Assembly (NCBI GenBank): GCA_002633005.1
Contig: NMRA01000046.1
Coordinates: 304,510-368,509, forward strand
Length of the DNA: 64,000 nt
Direction of reading: 5' to 3'
Origin: Phoronis australis
Taxonomy: Eukaryota; Animalia; Phoronida
Each line of letters opens with the position of its first letter. Positions within the stretch are counted from its first letter, which is position 1. Below are positions 14,301-26,700 of this stretch, one piece after another. The translations under genes and the position numbers were made by a program. The notes below the pieces were generated by a model. That model was given only the letters and a program-made list of their open reading frames with translations. It was not told the origin of the DNA and did no database searches.

Positions 14301-17300
14301 ATAGTCAAAGTCATCCGAAAATCATCATCACCTTGCCTCTTCACAGAAAGAACATATGTGCCAATTTTCACAATCATCCTTAGATAGGTTTGGTTGATAG
14401 AGGGGCGGATGCCAAAAAACTTTAAAAATGGCGCAAAATATCTCAAATCCATCTGAAAACAGGAAGGTATCTAGCCAACTCACTAATAGAAAGCTATTAG
14501 CCACATTTTGTGGAAATCTGTTGAGGACCTTTGAAGATACAGAGGTAAACGTAAAAAACTAAAATTACCACTAGGGGGCACAACGGAAGATGGATTCATC
14601 CAAAAATTTGCTCATGCTGTCCCATTCATAAAAGGACCAAATGTGCAAAATTTCACAAACATACATCAAAGACTTTGGAAGATAGAGCAGCAAATGCCAG
14701 GCAGACAGACACATGGACAGGGATGACAGCATAATCCACACAAATATAAATATGAAGGTCCATCAAAAGTGAAGTGACAAAGAGTAAGTATTGCACTGAT
14801 ACAGTAGTGTAGCACAAGCCCAAAGCTCTCCAGATTATTATTTCAACTCCCTGTACATCAGGAATGTCATAGAAGTGCTTTAAGTACATTTTTATTGTAG
14901 ACGCTTGGATAACCAGTGCTGTGGGAAACTGGCTTTAAATTCAAAATACGCAGAGGCTTCAAGAGCTAAGAGACAGATCAGGAAATCTCAATGAGTTAGG
15001 AAGTCGACAAAATTTGGGAGGCAGTTTTCAGCTTTGGAAGCCTTCTTCCTTAGCTGCTTGTATTTCACTATGGCACTCAGGGACGGAAATAGTTATGTAC
15101 ACCACAGCATTGCTGTAATTATCTTTCCATTATTACCAACGTTCGAACGGGACACCTACCCCAAGGAACAGGCGGAATATGAAAGTGGGACAAAGCTTCA
15201 AAAACCGGGACATGCCCGGCAAAAGTGAAATAGTTGGCAGGTATATGTCTGAGGCAATGTGAAACTTGATGCATAAACAAGAAATTGTGTTTACCTGACG
15301 TGAATATCTTTCTTGAAGTGCATCTCTGGCAGATCTTTGTCTTTGGCACAGTTCCTCTTGAGTTAAACCTTAGATTAACATGTACAGACAACTGTTACTT
15401 AAGCAGATGCAGTTGAGATATATACACAAACAACTTTCGTGCTTTAACAAGTCCTTAAAATATTTGGAGCCAAATAAATATAGATTTACTGCTTAACAAA
15501 AGTAGTATCTCTCAGGGCCCCAGAGGCCTCAATTTTGGGGCCAAATCGTGCGCGCACCCAGCCTTCAATATGGGGGCCGGGGGCTCGAATTCCTGACTTT
15601 GTGGACCTCTTGGTAACAAAAAAGTGGGCGGACTAAAAAATAATAAAAAAAACGAGAGCACCACTGTGAATTACGCATTTGCGCATGTTTAATGGACTTA
15701 TGCCTCATTTTCTCGGACTTTTTGTCTCTCAGAGGCAGACCTTTTTGCCCACTTCACCAAATGGGGGGGCTCGTTCAAGCCCCCCCGAGCCCTCCCCCCC
15801 TGGGTGCGCGCATGCAAATATTGGTTCCAATACAAAAAAAAATATTTGGAAATCGCATAAAATTGCCTCACCAAGACCCAAATTACCCCTTCAGTGATTA
15901 AAATATATCCTCAAGGTTAGAACTACTTCTGCAAACTTTAATTTTGGTTATGGCAACCAGGGGTGGAATTGGTGTTGACTGGGGATGGGGAATTTTCACC
16001 TCAACCAAAAAGTACCCATCTCAGAAGGCACAAGCACCTTTCCTCTCAAATGAACAAGTGCCCTGTCTCTCAATGTCCTGAACCAAAAATTGCATTGTTA
16101 TCAAGAGAATGCAAGACTGGATTTACAACTGACCATGGGAACACATCAACTTGGTACATTTCGAAAGTTACCAGTTTGAAAATATGTTGCTCATCTAATT
16201 GCAGAAACCAATTTACAAAACCTCATGTAGAGTGGCCATAGGGTCAACTATATTGCTTTCAAAAACTCCTTCTATCTGTACATACATACAGCCTCACAGC
16301 AGAAGCAGCAGGACAGGGGTAGGCAGGGGGGTAGGAGTCAAAACATCACAAGGTAACATCACTCACGCAAACAAAATAATCTCCACTGAACTGGTTGGAA
16401 CTGGTTTTAACCAGAATGGTGCAGGGTTCAAATAAACAGACAACAACAAACAATTCACCTACCAAACAGATTCCTTTAACCTGATAGGCACTCTTTTTAA
16501 CTGATAGGGTCAGACCAACCACCAAACAAAAAGGAAAATGAATGACACTTATGACAGTTTCAAAGTGCATCACAAATCTCACACAGATATCTACAATAAC
16601 TAAAATTTCAAAAAAGTTGAATTTATCTGTGGACAGTTTAACAGCTTGCCTGGAGGCATGCTGTTCAAATTATTATGAAGTTCTATGCTCTTGATCAGCT
16701 GGTATAATTCAGTGTTGGTGACCACAAGAACAAACATAAAACAGGAATAAACCAGTTCATCTTATCACCTTGAACAAGTTAGAAGTTAATACTCTAGAGT
16801 TCAAAAATATTGACTCAATGAGCCAATGCTGCCCAAATAGTGAAACCATTCTTCTTGGAAATGTGCCAAGTGCATTCAACTTTAAAGAGCAGAATTTGAA
16901 ATGGACAACCAGTTGGCACCAAACATGACAAAGGATACAGACATCGTGATTATAAGGTATGTGGTCAACTGCTAGTCATTCCAGGAAACATCTAATAGAC
17001 TTTCGGTAATTTGCAGATTTTACTAAGTATACTGAACATTTATCAGTATCTACCGTATGTGACACTAAAATATTTGTCCCCTCCATTATGCACTTGAAAA
17101 GTAAATAAATAAGTTACTATAGTTTGTAAAAATGTCATATTCTATGTTAATGGATAGTTTCTACAATTAAGGACCCTGAGATTCAAGTTGAAATTGAATT
17201 TTCTTTACCCTGAACATTAGGAGATGGGCATCCTTGTCATTGATCTTCATTTCAACGAATCTTAATAGACTTAGCAATAAAAAACATCAAAAATAGCCTC

Positions 17301-20300
17301 AGATGCAATGTTTTCTGATGTCTTCATTGTGTGAACGTTGATTTGTTGCTGACCATGATTCTAGAACTTAGGACAGCCAATATTTTCTATTTCTAAAATA
17401 AATTTGGAACACTCTCCTGCCTTGAGCAAAAAAATATTTTTCTTCAGCTGTTCTAAACTGGTTACTCTTTACTGAAGTTTGCACAATTGTTCTATTTCAT
17501 ATCTTTGTTTGCACAATAGTTATATTTTATCTCTTTGTTTGTAAAATTCGCTTTGAACACAAGTAGCACATGGGCGCACTTCAACACAACCTAGCCATCT
17601 GTGGTGATAAAATAGTGACAGCTTAAATACCAAAAATCGTCAGACATGTTTGCACAAACATCAACTATTGTAGGCCAAAAATAATTATATTGCATAATCT
17701 TTGCAATACAGGTAGTTGATAGTTTGGAATAATGACTGATTGTAGTGTCTAATAGATGGGATAGTTCTGCAAATATGCACCAAGAATAGACTAGAGATGT
17801 GCCAATATTCACAAATTAAAAATACTGGAAACTTGATAAAAATCCAAAACAGAGCATTCATTTACGTAGGGATTTTATACCCATGACTGATGACACATTA
17901 TGCACTAGAATAATCAAAAAACAGGGCATCATGGTTATAATTTACAAAAATTGCTTGGCCTGAAATTTATCAGAACAGAAATATGATACTCCTGCCACTT
18001 GTTCAAGGAAAAACCCACAAACACTGCATTTGCTGAGCATAAGAGATATCCAACAGAATTGCAATATCAATCGCATTTAGTGAGAAAACCTCACCACCCC
18101 AACAGAGCACTTTCCCAGAATACTCTCCTCCCAGATGTAAACAGCTGTGACCTTTCTGACCTAGTTAACCAGTACTGAGTGAATACCAGGCCACTCAACA
18201 CACCTGGATAACCAGGGCCTGGGATTTAAGCTAAGTACTCTAAGCTCAACTCAAAAACTGAGCAATTTGCCATTTTCCGAAATTAAGCACCTGTGAATAA
18301 CAGAAAGTGCTTGATGGATGTAGAACCTATGGGTAAATACAGATACTCTCCCAGAAAGAGATGATTGAGAAAGCATGACATCCATGTCTTAATATGGACT
18401 CATGAACATGATATGTCCTGCCTTTGATGATTTTACATGTTATTTTAGAGTTGAGCGAAAGGTAAAGATATTGCAAGCATAATGTTTCACATTGTCCTTC
18501 TAATCTTTGTAATGTTTTCTCACAACAAGCATGTGAAAGCTTGGAGCTCCTGGTATCAACAACGGCTGGCACCAATTCAGTTGTGGGATCATTACCTGAC
18601 AACACTCCAGCTAGGTAATTTATAGAAAAAATTCTCCAGTGTGGGACATAACATGACAGACTGGTGAAATTTCATTTTAATAAATTTCTCAGGAAAATTT
18701 TAAATCAAAATCACTTACATGGTTTGTAAGGCGTAACTATCACCAAACAACATTTCATAAAATTTTGAGCATTTACAATAACATGGAAAGTCTGTGAAAA
18801 ATACAAATATGGTGAACCTAGCAATCAGTTTTGTCCCAAATTGAAAACTGTTTACACTGCAGTTTAAGCAAAACCAGGAGCATGGTCAATTATGAGTATC
18901 CTCTCTAAAATGCCTAGAAATTTGATGCATTCAAGACACTCACAGCAACATTTCTACCGTACAAGGGACAATAACTTCTCATGACACCAAAAAGAGTGCA
19001 ATTATAACTTAAGTAGCATTATACTTACTTGTACATGAATTTTCATTCAGCTCTTGTTTTCTTCTTAACCTTGAGAAGACTCGTTTACGGTCAAGCCAAT
19101 GTAGAACAAACGTTAATACACCAAAGAGGACAACAACCTGTAGTGCATAGTGGATGAATAAGATTGGTTCTGAAACAAAAAATACAAAACATTAATATTT
19201 ATGTTCGACATATGTCCCGAATGATATAAATAATAGTTCATGCATCACAAGCTCATTACAAGAGATGAAACCAAGACCGGGGTAGGCGATATAAGGTCAT
19301 TTATTATGACTAATACAATTACAAGTAAGATCAGTTATATGACTAATACAATTACAAGTAAAAGTAGTGACTAAACATAAGTAAGGTAAAAAATACTAAT
19401 ACCATTTAGTCCACAAAAACAACAATTAAAGGGGTAAGCATACATGCCACAACAAATTATTGAACGTGGTTTCACCCCGTTATAACTTTTTAGTATTTTA
19501 TTACACGCAAACCGTAATTCTGAGCAAATTTTGCTGAAGCGAAGTTATCGATATCTCCCAAAAATGCCCGAAAAACAGCAAGTTGTGCATGCGATTCACA
19601 CAAGCCTACTGTTTAAAAGTCAAAGACGGAGTTTACTTTGCTGCAAAAATCAGAGAATGATGCGAGAAAATGAAGAGATCGTTTTCTGCTGTAAATAGCT
19701 AGGTGAGTGTCGCTCGACTCCCAGAATTTGCATGCACCCCGCCAGTATTTTCACTACGAGGTGACAGGAAGAACTAGTTAGGCAAGGTTTAGGTGAACTT
19801 AACACATAGTGCTTCTTAGCTGTATTTGACATTAGTCTTCAAGACTTTACACAACTAGCTGGCTACATGCATTAGTAATAAGTTATATTATGTAACTGTA
19901 GTCTATAGTCTACCAACGACATTGCAACTGTATACTAAATATACAGCTCTGCCCCAATGTGGGTAAAAAAACTGACCAGATAAAATCTGGCACAAAATTA
20001 GTACCATTAAAAACTACACTCTTCCTTGAATGAACTAAATTGTTTACCAGTGTTGGAAAATCTGACGTTCTACCATTATTCTGCAGTTTAAGTTGTGGAG
20101 CCATCTTTTACGTCAGCTTTCGGCGGCATGAAATATTGCGTCACCTGTTGGCCATTTTTTTTCGTCGATTCTTAAATCAACTGTTGTTCTTTCACAAGGT
20201 TGCATACCCGTCACAACAAATTATCAGAAATGGTTTCACTTCAATATTAGTTTTTAGAATTTTGATACCAGCAAACCGAATTTCTGAACAAACTTTGGTG

Positions 20301-23209
20301 CTGCGAAGTTGCCATCATCTCCCGAGAGATGTCGCAAAAAAATTAGGAAGTGGCACAAGCACGTGACATGACCGTATTGTTCCAAAACGACAACATACAT
20401 TTCATTCTTACAAAAAGCGTAGAATTACGCAAGAAAATACAGCTGGCTGGCTACATGCACCCCCGCTGGCCGCTAGCTCTACATGTTGACATAAGTTTAA
20501 CGACGAGGTGACAGTTAGAACAACCTAGGTGGCATGGAGTTTAACACACAGTGGTTCCTAGCTGTATTTTGACGATAGTCTTCACATAGCTAGGTGGCAG
20601 GCTAACTTTAGTAACTACCCGGCTAAATAAGCCGTCGCCTAGCAGTCGTAGAGGAGACTGATTTTAAAAGTTCCCAAATCAGAAAAGAGTGAAGAACACA
20701 TATGTGAAGCTTAGAAGACATTCCATTTTCTTCTTCTTTGTTCAAGTGACCACACTCTCTCCAGAGTATTATGTCACTGTATAACAATGGAGATCAACAA
20801 AGACGAGAGCAACAAGTTTAAAAATATATACATAGTGGATGTCACTTCAGAGATCGATGAACATAGCTAGGTCATTTACACATGGAGGCACCAGACTATG
20901 TTACTTCAGAAAGGCAGATAGCTTGCTGACAAAGATGTCAAGAGAAGTGACTGATGTAATGTAGCCCGGCAAGCTATTCCACTCTATGACTGTTCTTGGA
21001 AAGAATGTCTTTTCTATAATCTGTCATATTCATTGGAATGTTATATTGGATGACCTTTTGGTACAGATGCCAGAGAGAACAAGATCTGCGATAGGGGCAA
21101 CATCGGAATTGATGATCACCGACTTCTTATCATACTTGTAAAACATTTTCAGCCCACAAATTTTGCGTCTGCGGCTGAGGGTTGGCCAAGGTTTCTAACA
21201 TTGATCCAACAGAGGATAGACAATTGTACTGTCCCGTGACCCAACGAGCAGCTCTCCTCTGTACTTTCTCTACAGTAGAAATAATCACAAACAGTAGAGA
21301 TGTATTCCAAGGTGGGTCGAACCATTGTTTTATACACAAACTATTGGCTGCTTAAGTGTAAGTTTTGCCAAAGAAAGCATAGAATTTTATTTGCTTTCTT
21401 CTGGACGTTGCTCATGTGGGAAGACCATTTGAGGTCATGCAACATGGTAACGCCCAAATATTTAACCCCCTTGACCGACAAGCATGTGATTGTGAAGTAC
21501 ATAGGTGGACTGGAAACTAGTACCGTACAAATACGAATTGGTGCCTGTAAGTCATATACACGTGATACATCAATGCACATTATTGTGAGGTGAACATGTG
21601 ACGTGGGAAGCACATGAATGCGTGATTTATGTTGTTGGGACAAAACCAGAAAAAGGCCAAACAGATACGGGTACCCCATAAACATCATTTTCCTACGCCA
21701 TGAATCCTCGTAAAGTGAAGAAATACCGCAAAAACAAGATTCAAGTCTGTACAGTACTTTAGTTGTAATTTACAATGCTAGATGTCGTTTATGCAGCTAA
21801 TGCATTGAATAATGACGCACAAAACGAGAGATTTCTAATCTGTCACTTATAACAAGTTTGTGGGCAAATTTTTGGAAGGCGAAAGCTTGAATCAAAATTA
21901 TTAGGGCTGTTCCAGTAAAATCTGTGTGGGAGGGGGGGGACAGCAGTAGAAATAAAAATTCATGGGTGGTGGTCTTCAGAAAAAAACTCAAATTATGGGT
22001 GGTCGTTCCTGTAAGAAGTGATGCATTAAAAATGGGTGGTATTTTTTGACCTGTTAATGTTGACAGGTTGGTTACTTCAGCCATCAAAACTCAAAAAAAA
22101 ATGCAATTGTCATATATCCTAACTTATTCCAATACAAAAAAGCCCATATTGCCAGTGAACAGAGTGCAATATGTTCACTTAGCCATTTATCAAGTCATGG
22201 GCAACTTGATTTGAGCCAACTGTTAGTCTGCAGTCCTATTGAATTGAAAAGTTATGCATCACTAAACTGGTGAGAACACATATAAGAAAATTGATGATTT
22301 TTAAATAAAAAGTATGAGGAGTAATATTCACTTGACATAGAAGTATAAAAGAGTTCGTGGAGACAGTTTGAGATTCATAAATCCTTATAATTGTAAAAAT
22401 GTTCATTGAAATTATAGACACATGGTGAACAGAGCCACCTGGTGGCTGCCAAAAGTATTGCTCACAGGTTACTTTAGTTTTTGACAATATTGGACAAGAC
22501 AACTAGTTCTTGTCTGTCAATCATCTAAGTTCTGAACAGGTCCTCCTGGAGGCAATTTGTTTGCAAGTGTTGGATTTTATATTTTAACCTACTAAAAATA
22601 ATTAAAAAATTATGGGTCATGGGTTGGAGAAATAAATGAAAAATACGGGCAATGGGTACGAAATAAAAGTGCCTTCCCCCCCCTCCCATGCAGATTTTGC
22701 TGGAACAGCCCTTAGCATAGGAGTAAAGAGTGGCCAGTGAAGAATCAATCGAGGTATAATCATCCTTGTATGACCATTTTTGTAGGATATATGAAGGATT
22801 GAATACCACAATCGCACAATGCCAATGCCATGGCGAGAGGATTAAGAAAATAGAAAAAAATCAACTATGTACGTTAATGGAGTCGGATTGTAAACAACAA
22901 TTGTTAGTGACATAGCCGGTCTGTCAATCGTCAATACGTCAATATTTTTATTCCATAGCATATATAAAAATACAAAACAGTCATGCAATTAAATGATAAT
23001 AACAATAACATGCTATGAAAAGGATACAATAACTTGGAAGTAGTCTGTAGAAGCATTTTTCCCTTTTCTTGAAAACAGGAGTTACGTTCACATTAAAGGT
23101 GACGTTAAAATAAATTATTACCAGTTTTGAACAGAAATAGTAATGTAAATATGCCACAAAATGTGCAGAATATGTACCAGTCCTTTCCAAAAACAACCGC
23201 GTCAGCCAT
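8186..23209 (-). CDS. UBXN8: UBX domain-containing protein 8-like (ER membrane p97/VCP cofactor), 7 coding exons, 279 aa
   Basis: Exons 23209-23122, 19169-19029, 15368-15295, 13965-13846, 12890-12762, 12142-12026 and 8356-8186 join in frame (840 nt) with GT-AG introns. The protein has two N-terminal hydrophobic segments, the YIERVLKPRKEAK..YRFSGPAWKGRGDRLG block and a C-terminal UBX domain (LRTPLGRIHRRRF..STSYPR..LNVEE). Confidence 0.9.
9648..10345 (-). mobile_element. Helentron/HINE (DINE-1-like) non-autonomous element with ~150-bp internal repeats
   Basis: Begins with the reverse complement of the 3' end seen at 28670-28704; repeats carry CCACTAGRKGGC. Confidence 0.7.
10480..11230 (-). repeat. 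Degenerate tandem-unit element rich in TGACCTTGA/AAGGTCA (probably another Helentron-type family)
   Basis: Recurrent TTGAGATATTGCGCC and TGACCTTGAAA...AAGGTCAAG units. Confidence 0.55.
11248..11738. mobile_element. MITE with TIR AGGGCTTGGAAT/ATTCCAAGCCCT
   Basis: 12-bp perfect TIR core; flanks GAATAC/AAATAC; sub-terminal GCGGAAA repeats. Confidence 0.8.
12026..12142 (-). CDS. UBXN8: UBXN8-like exon 6 (start of UBX domain)
   Basis: 117 nt, VITIPPEPSLDDPEHITVSLRTPLGRIHRRRFLKSDEMQ, CAG acceptor and GTGAGA donor. Confidence 0.9.
12307..12362. repeat. Perfect 26-bp-arm palindrome
   Basis: TAGTAAAACTAAAATGACGAGCGTCG-gtat-CGACGCTCGTCATTTTAGTTTTACTA. Confidence 0.95.
12762..12890 (-). CDS. UBXN8: UBXN8-like exon 5 (linker PDDGLST...EPRKRK)
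   Basis: 129 nt, polypyrimidine tract + CAG acceptor, GTAAGG donor, phase 0-0. Confidence 0.85.
13846..13965 (-). CDS. UBXN8: UBXN8-like exon 4 (STEYIERVLKPRKEAK...GDRLG)
   Basis: 120 nt, TAG acceptor, GTGAGT donor, UBXN8-like motif. Confidence 0.9.
14220..14700 (-). mobile_element. HINE-like element fragment (same family)
   Basis: Colinear with 9960-10340. Confidence 0.7.
15295..15368 (-). CDS. UBXN8: UBXN8-like exon 3 (LTQEELCQRQRSARDALQERYSRQ)
   Basis: 74 nt, phase 1-0, bridges exons 2 and 4 exactly; coiled-coil-like. Confidence 0.8.
19029..19169 (-). CDS. UBXN8: UBXN8-like exon 2 (transmembrane segment PILFIHYALQVVVLFGVLTFVLHW)
   Basis: TTTCAG acceptor, GTAAGT donor, 141 nt, phase 1-1, open frame. 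Confidence 0.85.
19440..20600 (+). repeat. Repeat family F, two tandem partial copies in UBXN8 intron 1
   Basis: Shares long blocks with 1-709 and 1425-1600. Confidence 0.7.
20900..21500 (-). mobile_element. 3' relic of a CR1/L2-group LINE ORF2
   Basis: Frameshifted pieces KYLGVTMLHDLKWSSH..KANKILCFL, YKTMVRPTLEY, VEKVQRRAARWV, FFPRTVIEWNSLP. Confidence 0.85.
21904..22711. mobile_element. PIF/Harbinger (Tourist-type) MITE, TSD TTA
   Basis: ~40-bp TIR GGGCTGTTCCAGTAAAATCTG...; TTA on both sides; relative at 50969-51521. Confidence 0.88.
23122..23209 (-). CDS. UBXN8: UBXN8-like exon 1 (MADAVVFGKDWYIFCTFCGIFTLLFLFKT)
   Basis: ATG at 23209, hydrophobic segment, phase-1 GTAATA donor matching the next exon. 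Confidence 0.8.
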
Positions 23210-23540
23210 CTACCTTAACCGGATATCCGTCAAGTGCGCGTGCGCATGAAAGCGAATGATGGACTAGTTCATTGTTGGTGCAAATTAGGTTTCTAAGCTA
23301 ACTTACTTTGACATCACCGATTGCACGTGCAGTAAATTTTAAAGAGTTTTTATACACTATGATTTTGAAATTTTACCGAAAACCGTACTACAGACCCACA
23401 AACGTTAAAATGGAAGAAGCCATTGTGTCCAATAATGAATAAGTCGCAAGTCACGTGTGTAAAAAGTACTATAAATTGTCGACTGACCCTTAACAAGGCC
23501 TCTTTTCCATTTATTCAGTGAGAAGAACTGTACGGGGAAC
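23210..23540. promoter_or_regulatory. Bidirectional promoter / 5' leaders shared by UBXN8-like and SAM synthase
   Basis: Divergent ATGs 331 bp apart; NRF1-type TGCGCGTGCGCA at 23235-23246; CACGTG E-boxes near 23325 and 23452. Confidence 0.7.
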
Positions 23541-23700
23541 ATGAACGGGAAGGGAACGAACGGCGTGATTGAGAACGGGGATGTGCAACATTTTGCTGGA
23601 CACTATCAAGAAATAAAACATCATTATGCAGAGGAATGCAGTCAAGATGACATTGGCACTTTTCTGTTCACATCAGAATCTGTAGGAGAAGGACATCCAG
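23541..23700 (+). CDS. MAT2A: SAM synthase exon 1
   Basis: MNGKGTNG...[21 protein letters not shown] donor in phase 1; the exact start codon is less certain. Confidence 0.9.
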
Positions 23701-26700
23701 GTAATGTTTTTTTATGTTAAACAAAAGCAAACAATTTGCAAGGCACACATGCAATGGTCGATCCCGGATTTAGATTGTAGAGAATCTGTGAATAACGCTA
23801 TATTCCTACGTAATTGTTTAGTATTTTACTTCAAGTAATTATTATTACTTGAAAGTCAGTGCACTGAAGTGGTCAGCCAGTCTTTTACAGAAGTTTAAAT
23901 TAATAAATAAAACCCAAGGTTTGCTCATTCCTTGGTTTGTTGTGGAGTCCTGGACTCCAAGAGCAGTCAGGGCATTGTGAATAAATGAAGCCAGTGACCT
24001 CGTTCATCTAAGGAATGGTGCCTGGGCCTTCTGAGAGGGGAATTTTTTCGAGTTAGGGTGAAATTCTACTTTTTGGTCACCATCTATTGCACCCCCGCCC
24101 TGTTGTAACCTCTTGTAGGCCTCAAGTTGCCAAAACTAGGGAGGACAACGTTTTTTTATTTTTTTTTTACACTACCCATGAGTCATACATTTTTGAAAAG
24201 CCCTTGGTGTGAGAAATAAAATGGTGCAAAAATCAGAAAAATTGGATGAGCGGTTAACGAGAAAATGGCCGTTGAAACGCGACGATTATGCGTAAAATAT
24301 CTGCCTTTTTACATAATTTCGTAAAAAATAAGAGAATATACATGTGCTGCATGTAAAAAGATTCGTCTCATTGTGACAAACATGGTGGTGTGTATTATAT
24401 AAAATTTGGATCGATTTCTACAGAGATATTGCTGTTTAAGTGTGTTGTTAGCATATAGAACAGGCTCATCATATTTGATGAAAACAATGAATTACACAGC
24501 ATAAAAGGTAAAGAGCAAAGACATCACATCAGCTCAGAAATAAATACATCTGAGCTATGAGGAAATTTCACATCAAATCACAAGATCACATTGGTGGATT
24601 TGGGGGGGCAAGGGGGCCTGGCCCGTGGCCCCCCTAAAACTCCCATTTGGCTGCTAGTTTGAGGGTGCAAATATCTTACGGGTAAAATCCTGCATAATAC
24701 TCTGCCCTGCCCCCCCCTCCTATCTAAAAATCCTAGATCTGCCCCTGAATACTACTACATGGGCAACACATCATTGCCTGACAGTGACAGGGGGCTGGGG
24801 GAGGCTACAGCTCCCCCAATTCATTTCAGTGCTGGGTGCCACCCATGTACTATTAGATCGTATCCTGGCAAAAAACATCAGAAAGTAGACAAAATACCAT
24901 TTGGGAAAACAAATCACTCTTAACATGAAGGATTTCATCATTTACGCAACAAAAACTTTGTAACAACTTTATTTCGAACGGTGAAGTTGCGATGCCATTG
25001 AACTTCAACGTAGCCGCTGGTGGCGCTAACATGCGGCGACTTAGTGAACTAACGACTGCTGTTTGAAAAGTGCCAATGCGCAGCAGTTTGACAGAATTTC
25101 TAAAAATGAAATAACTACCAGTTAAAAGAGTGATAAATTCCTCATCTAAAAATTGTGGTGGCATATTGCGCAACTGGAAAAATATCAATCTCCCGACCGA
25201 CCAAAATTAGGCCTTCCGGACGATCGAAAACTCGCCATGAAAACTTGGCCTTGACTTCGAGAAAACAACTTGAGGAGATGCGCACGCATCTAAACTACAT
25301 CCTGTCCAAATTTCATGTTTGTATTTGAGAGTATAGTGCTCTTTTGGATAGGAGGAACAAGAGGTACTTTTTCGAAAGTTGATCGCACGGCGGAAAATCG
25401 TGCGCTAAAAAAAGCTTACAGAAAATGATTTATCAGCGATAATTTGAGACAAAAAGATTACAAACTTATAAATAAAGACTAAGGTAACGATTTACAACAC
25501 AAAATTATCTTATAGTTAACTTTGAAGTCTGAAATCTGGTAATTTACCGACGTGGGTTTTACACGGAGGCAGATATGGGGCACCGTGACCTACTTTTTGA
25601 TTGTCCTCCCTACCAAAACTAACAATTTGTGCTCTTTTGAATTGTCACCAATGTGGTTACAAGTGATTCAAACTTTAAGGGGATTTTTTCAGTCACTTGA
25701 GGAGTACTTTCAGACCCAGTGAGGTGAATGTCTGGTGATTTTTCAGAGGTGAATAGGGCCGATATTCAGCCCTCAAATCCAGGGATTGGGGCCCCTGGGA
25801 GTACTCGTAGTGCATTTACGGTTTACCAAGCTTAAAACCAATACAGAACAGTGTTGTGAACACAAATCAGGACCAGGATTAGACAAGTACGTTGCCTCTT
25901 GAGGCTGAAAATATCTGTGATTTGCAAATTTAGACTGGTCTGCCCGAATGAATAAGCTTTGAATCATTTCTTGAATTCGCTGATCATGTCTTATGTTCTT
26001 GGTAATGGAAGTAGAATCCTATCATGGCACTATGAGACCTTTTAAGAAAGCTACTTTGATTTTCATTTTTGCCAGCCATACAGGGTGAAATCAGGTGTCA
26101 ACATACCAAGCTGCAGGCCGCATTTGCCATGTAAAATTTGGAAATGCAAACTGAGGTCTTTCCAAGTGGCATGGGTCGCATATAGCAGAAAAGTAGAATT
26201 GCCGTGATACCCAAAGTTGCACAGAAGGATTTTTTGCTATCAAGGTTGTGCAATGCGGGGTCTGTCTGTGTGTGTTTGTGTGTGAGCTGAATTTCAAGCT
26301 GGGATTTTGGACAGGTCACAAACAATGCCCTTGTAATTTTCATGCTGTCAAGGGCTGAAAGTGCTTCATAAAACATTAGAACTACATAGAGGTTGGCTTG
26401 GGAATTGTCTAACGCGCAACTCTCGTAATGTGCATTGTAATGTTGCTTTGCTGACACCATGAAGTTAGCAAAAAGTCTAAATCTCCTTTCTAGATACATG
26501 GTACCCTTGCTAATCAATTCAGGAATGCTTGAACTTTTTTGAAATGTAAGTCAGTTGTGCTATGTACTTTCCTACCTTTCCAGGGAAAAATACCCTTAAG
26601 TGTAATATACTAGCCAGGTTCTGTTCTCACATTATGACTGCTAACACTAGAAAGGCATGACTGTGAAGTGAAGGTTTTGAAGTAAACCTGAATTTTAAGT

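Noticed and set aside
23223-23518. U12-type intron (ATATCCG ... CCTTAAC ... AG) in the MAT leader
   Set aside because: The donor deviates from ATATCCTT and lies 14 bp from the UBXN8 start codon, probably upstream of the MAT TSS.
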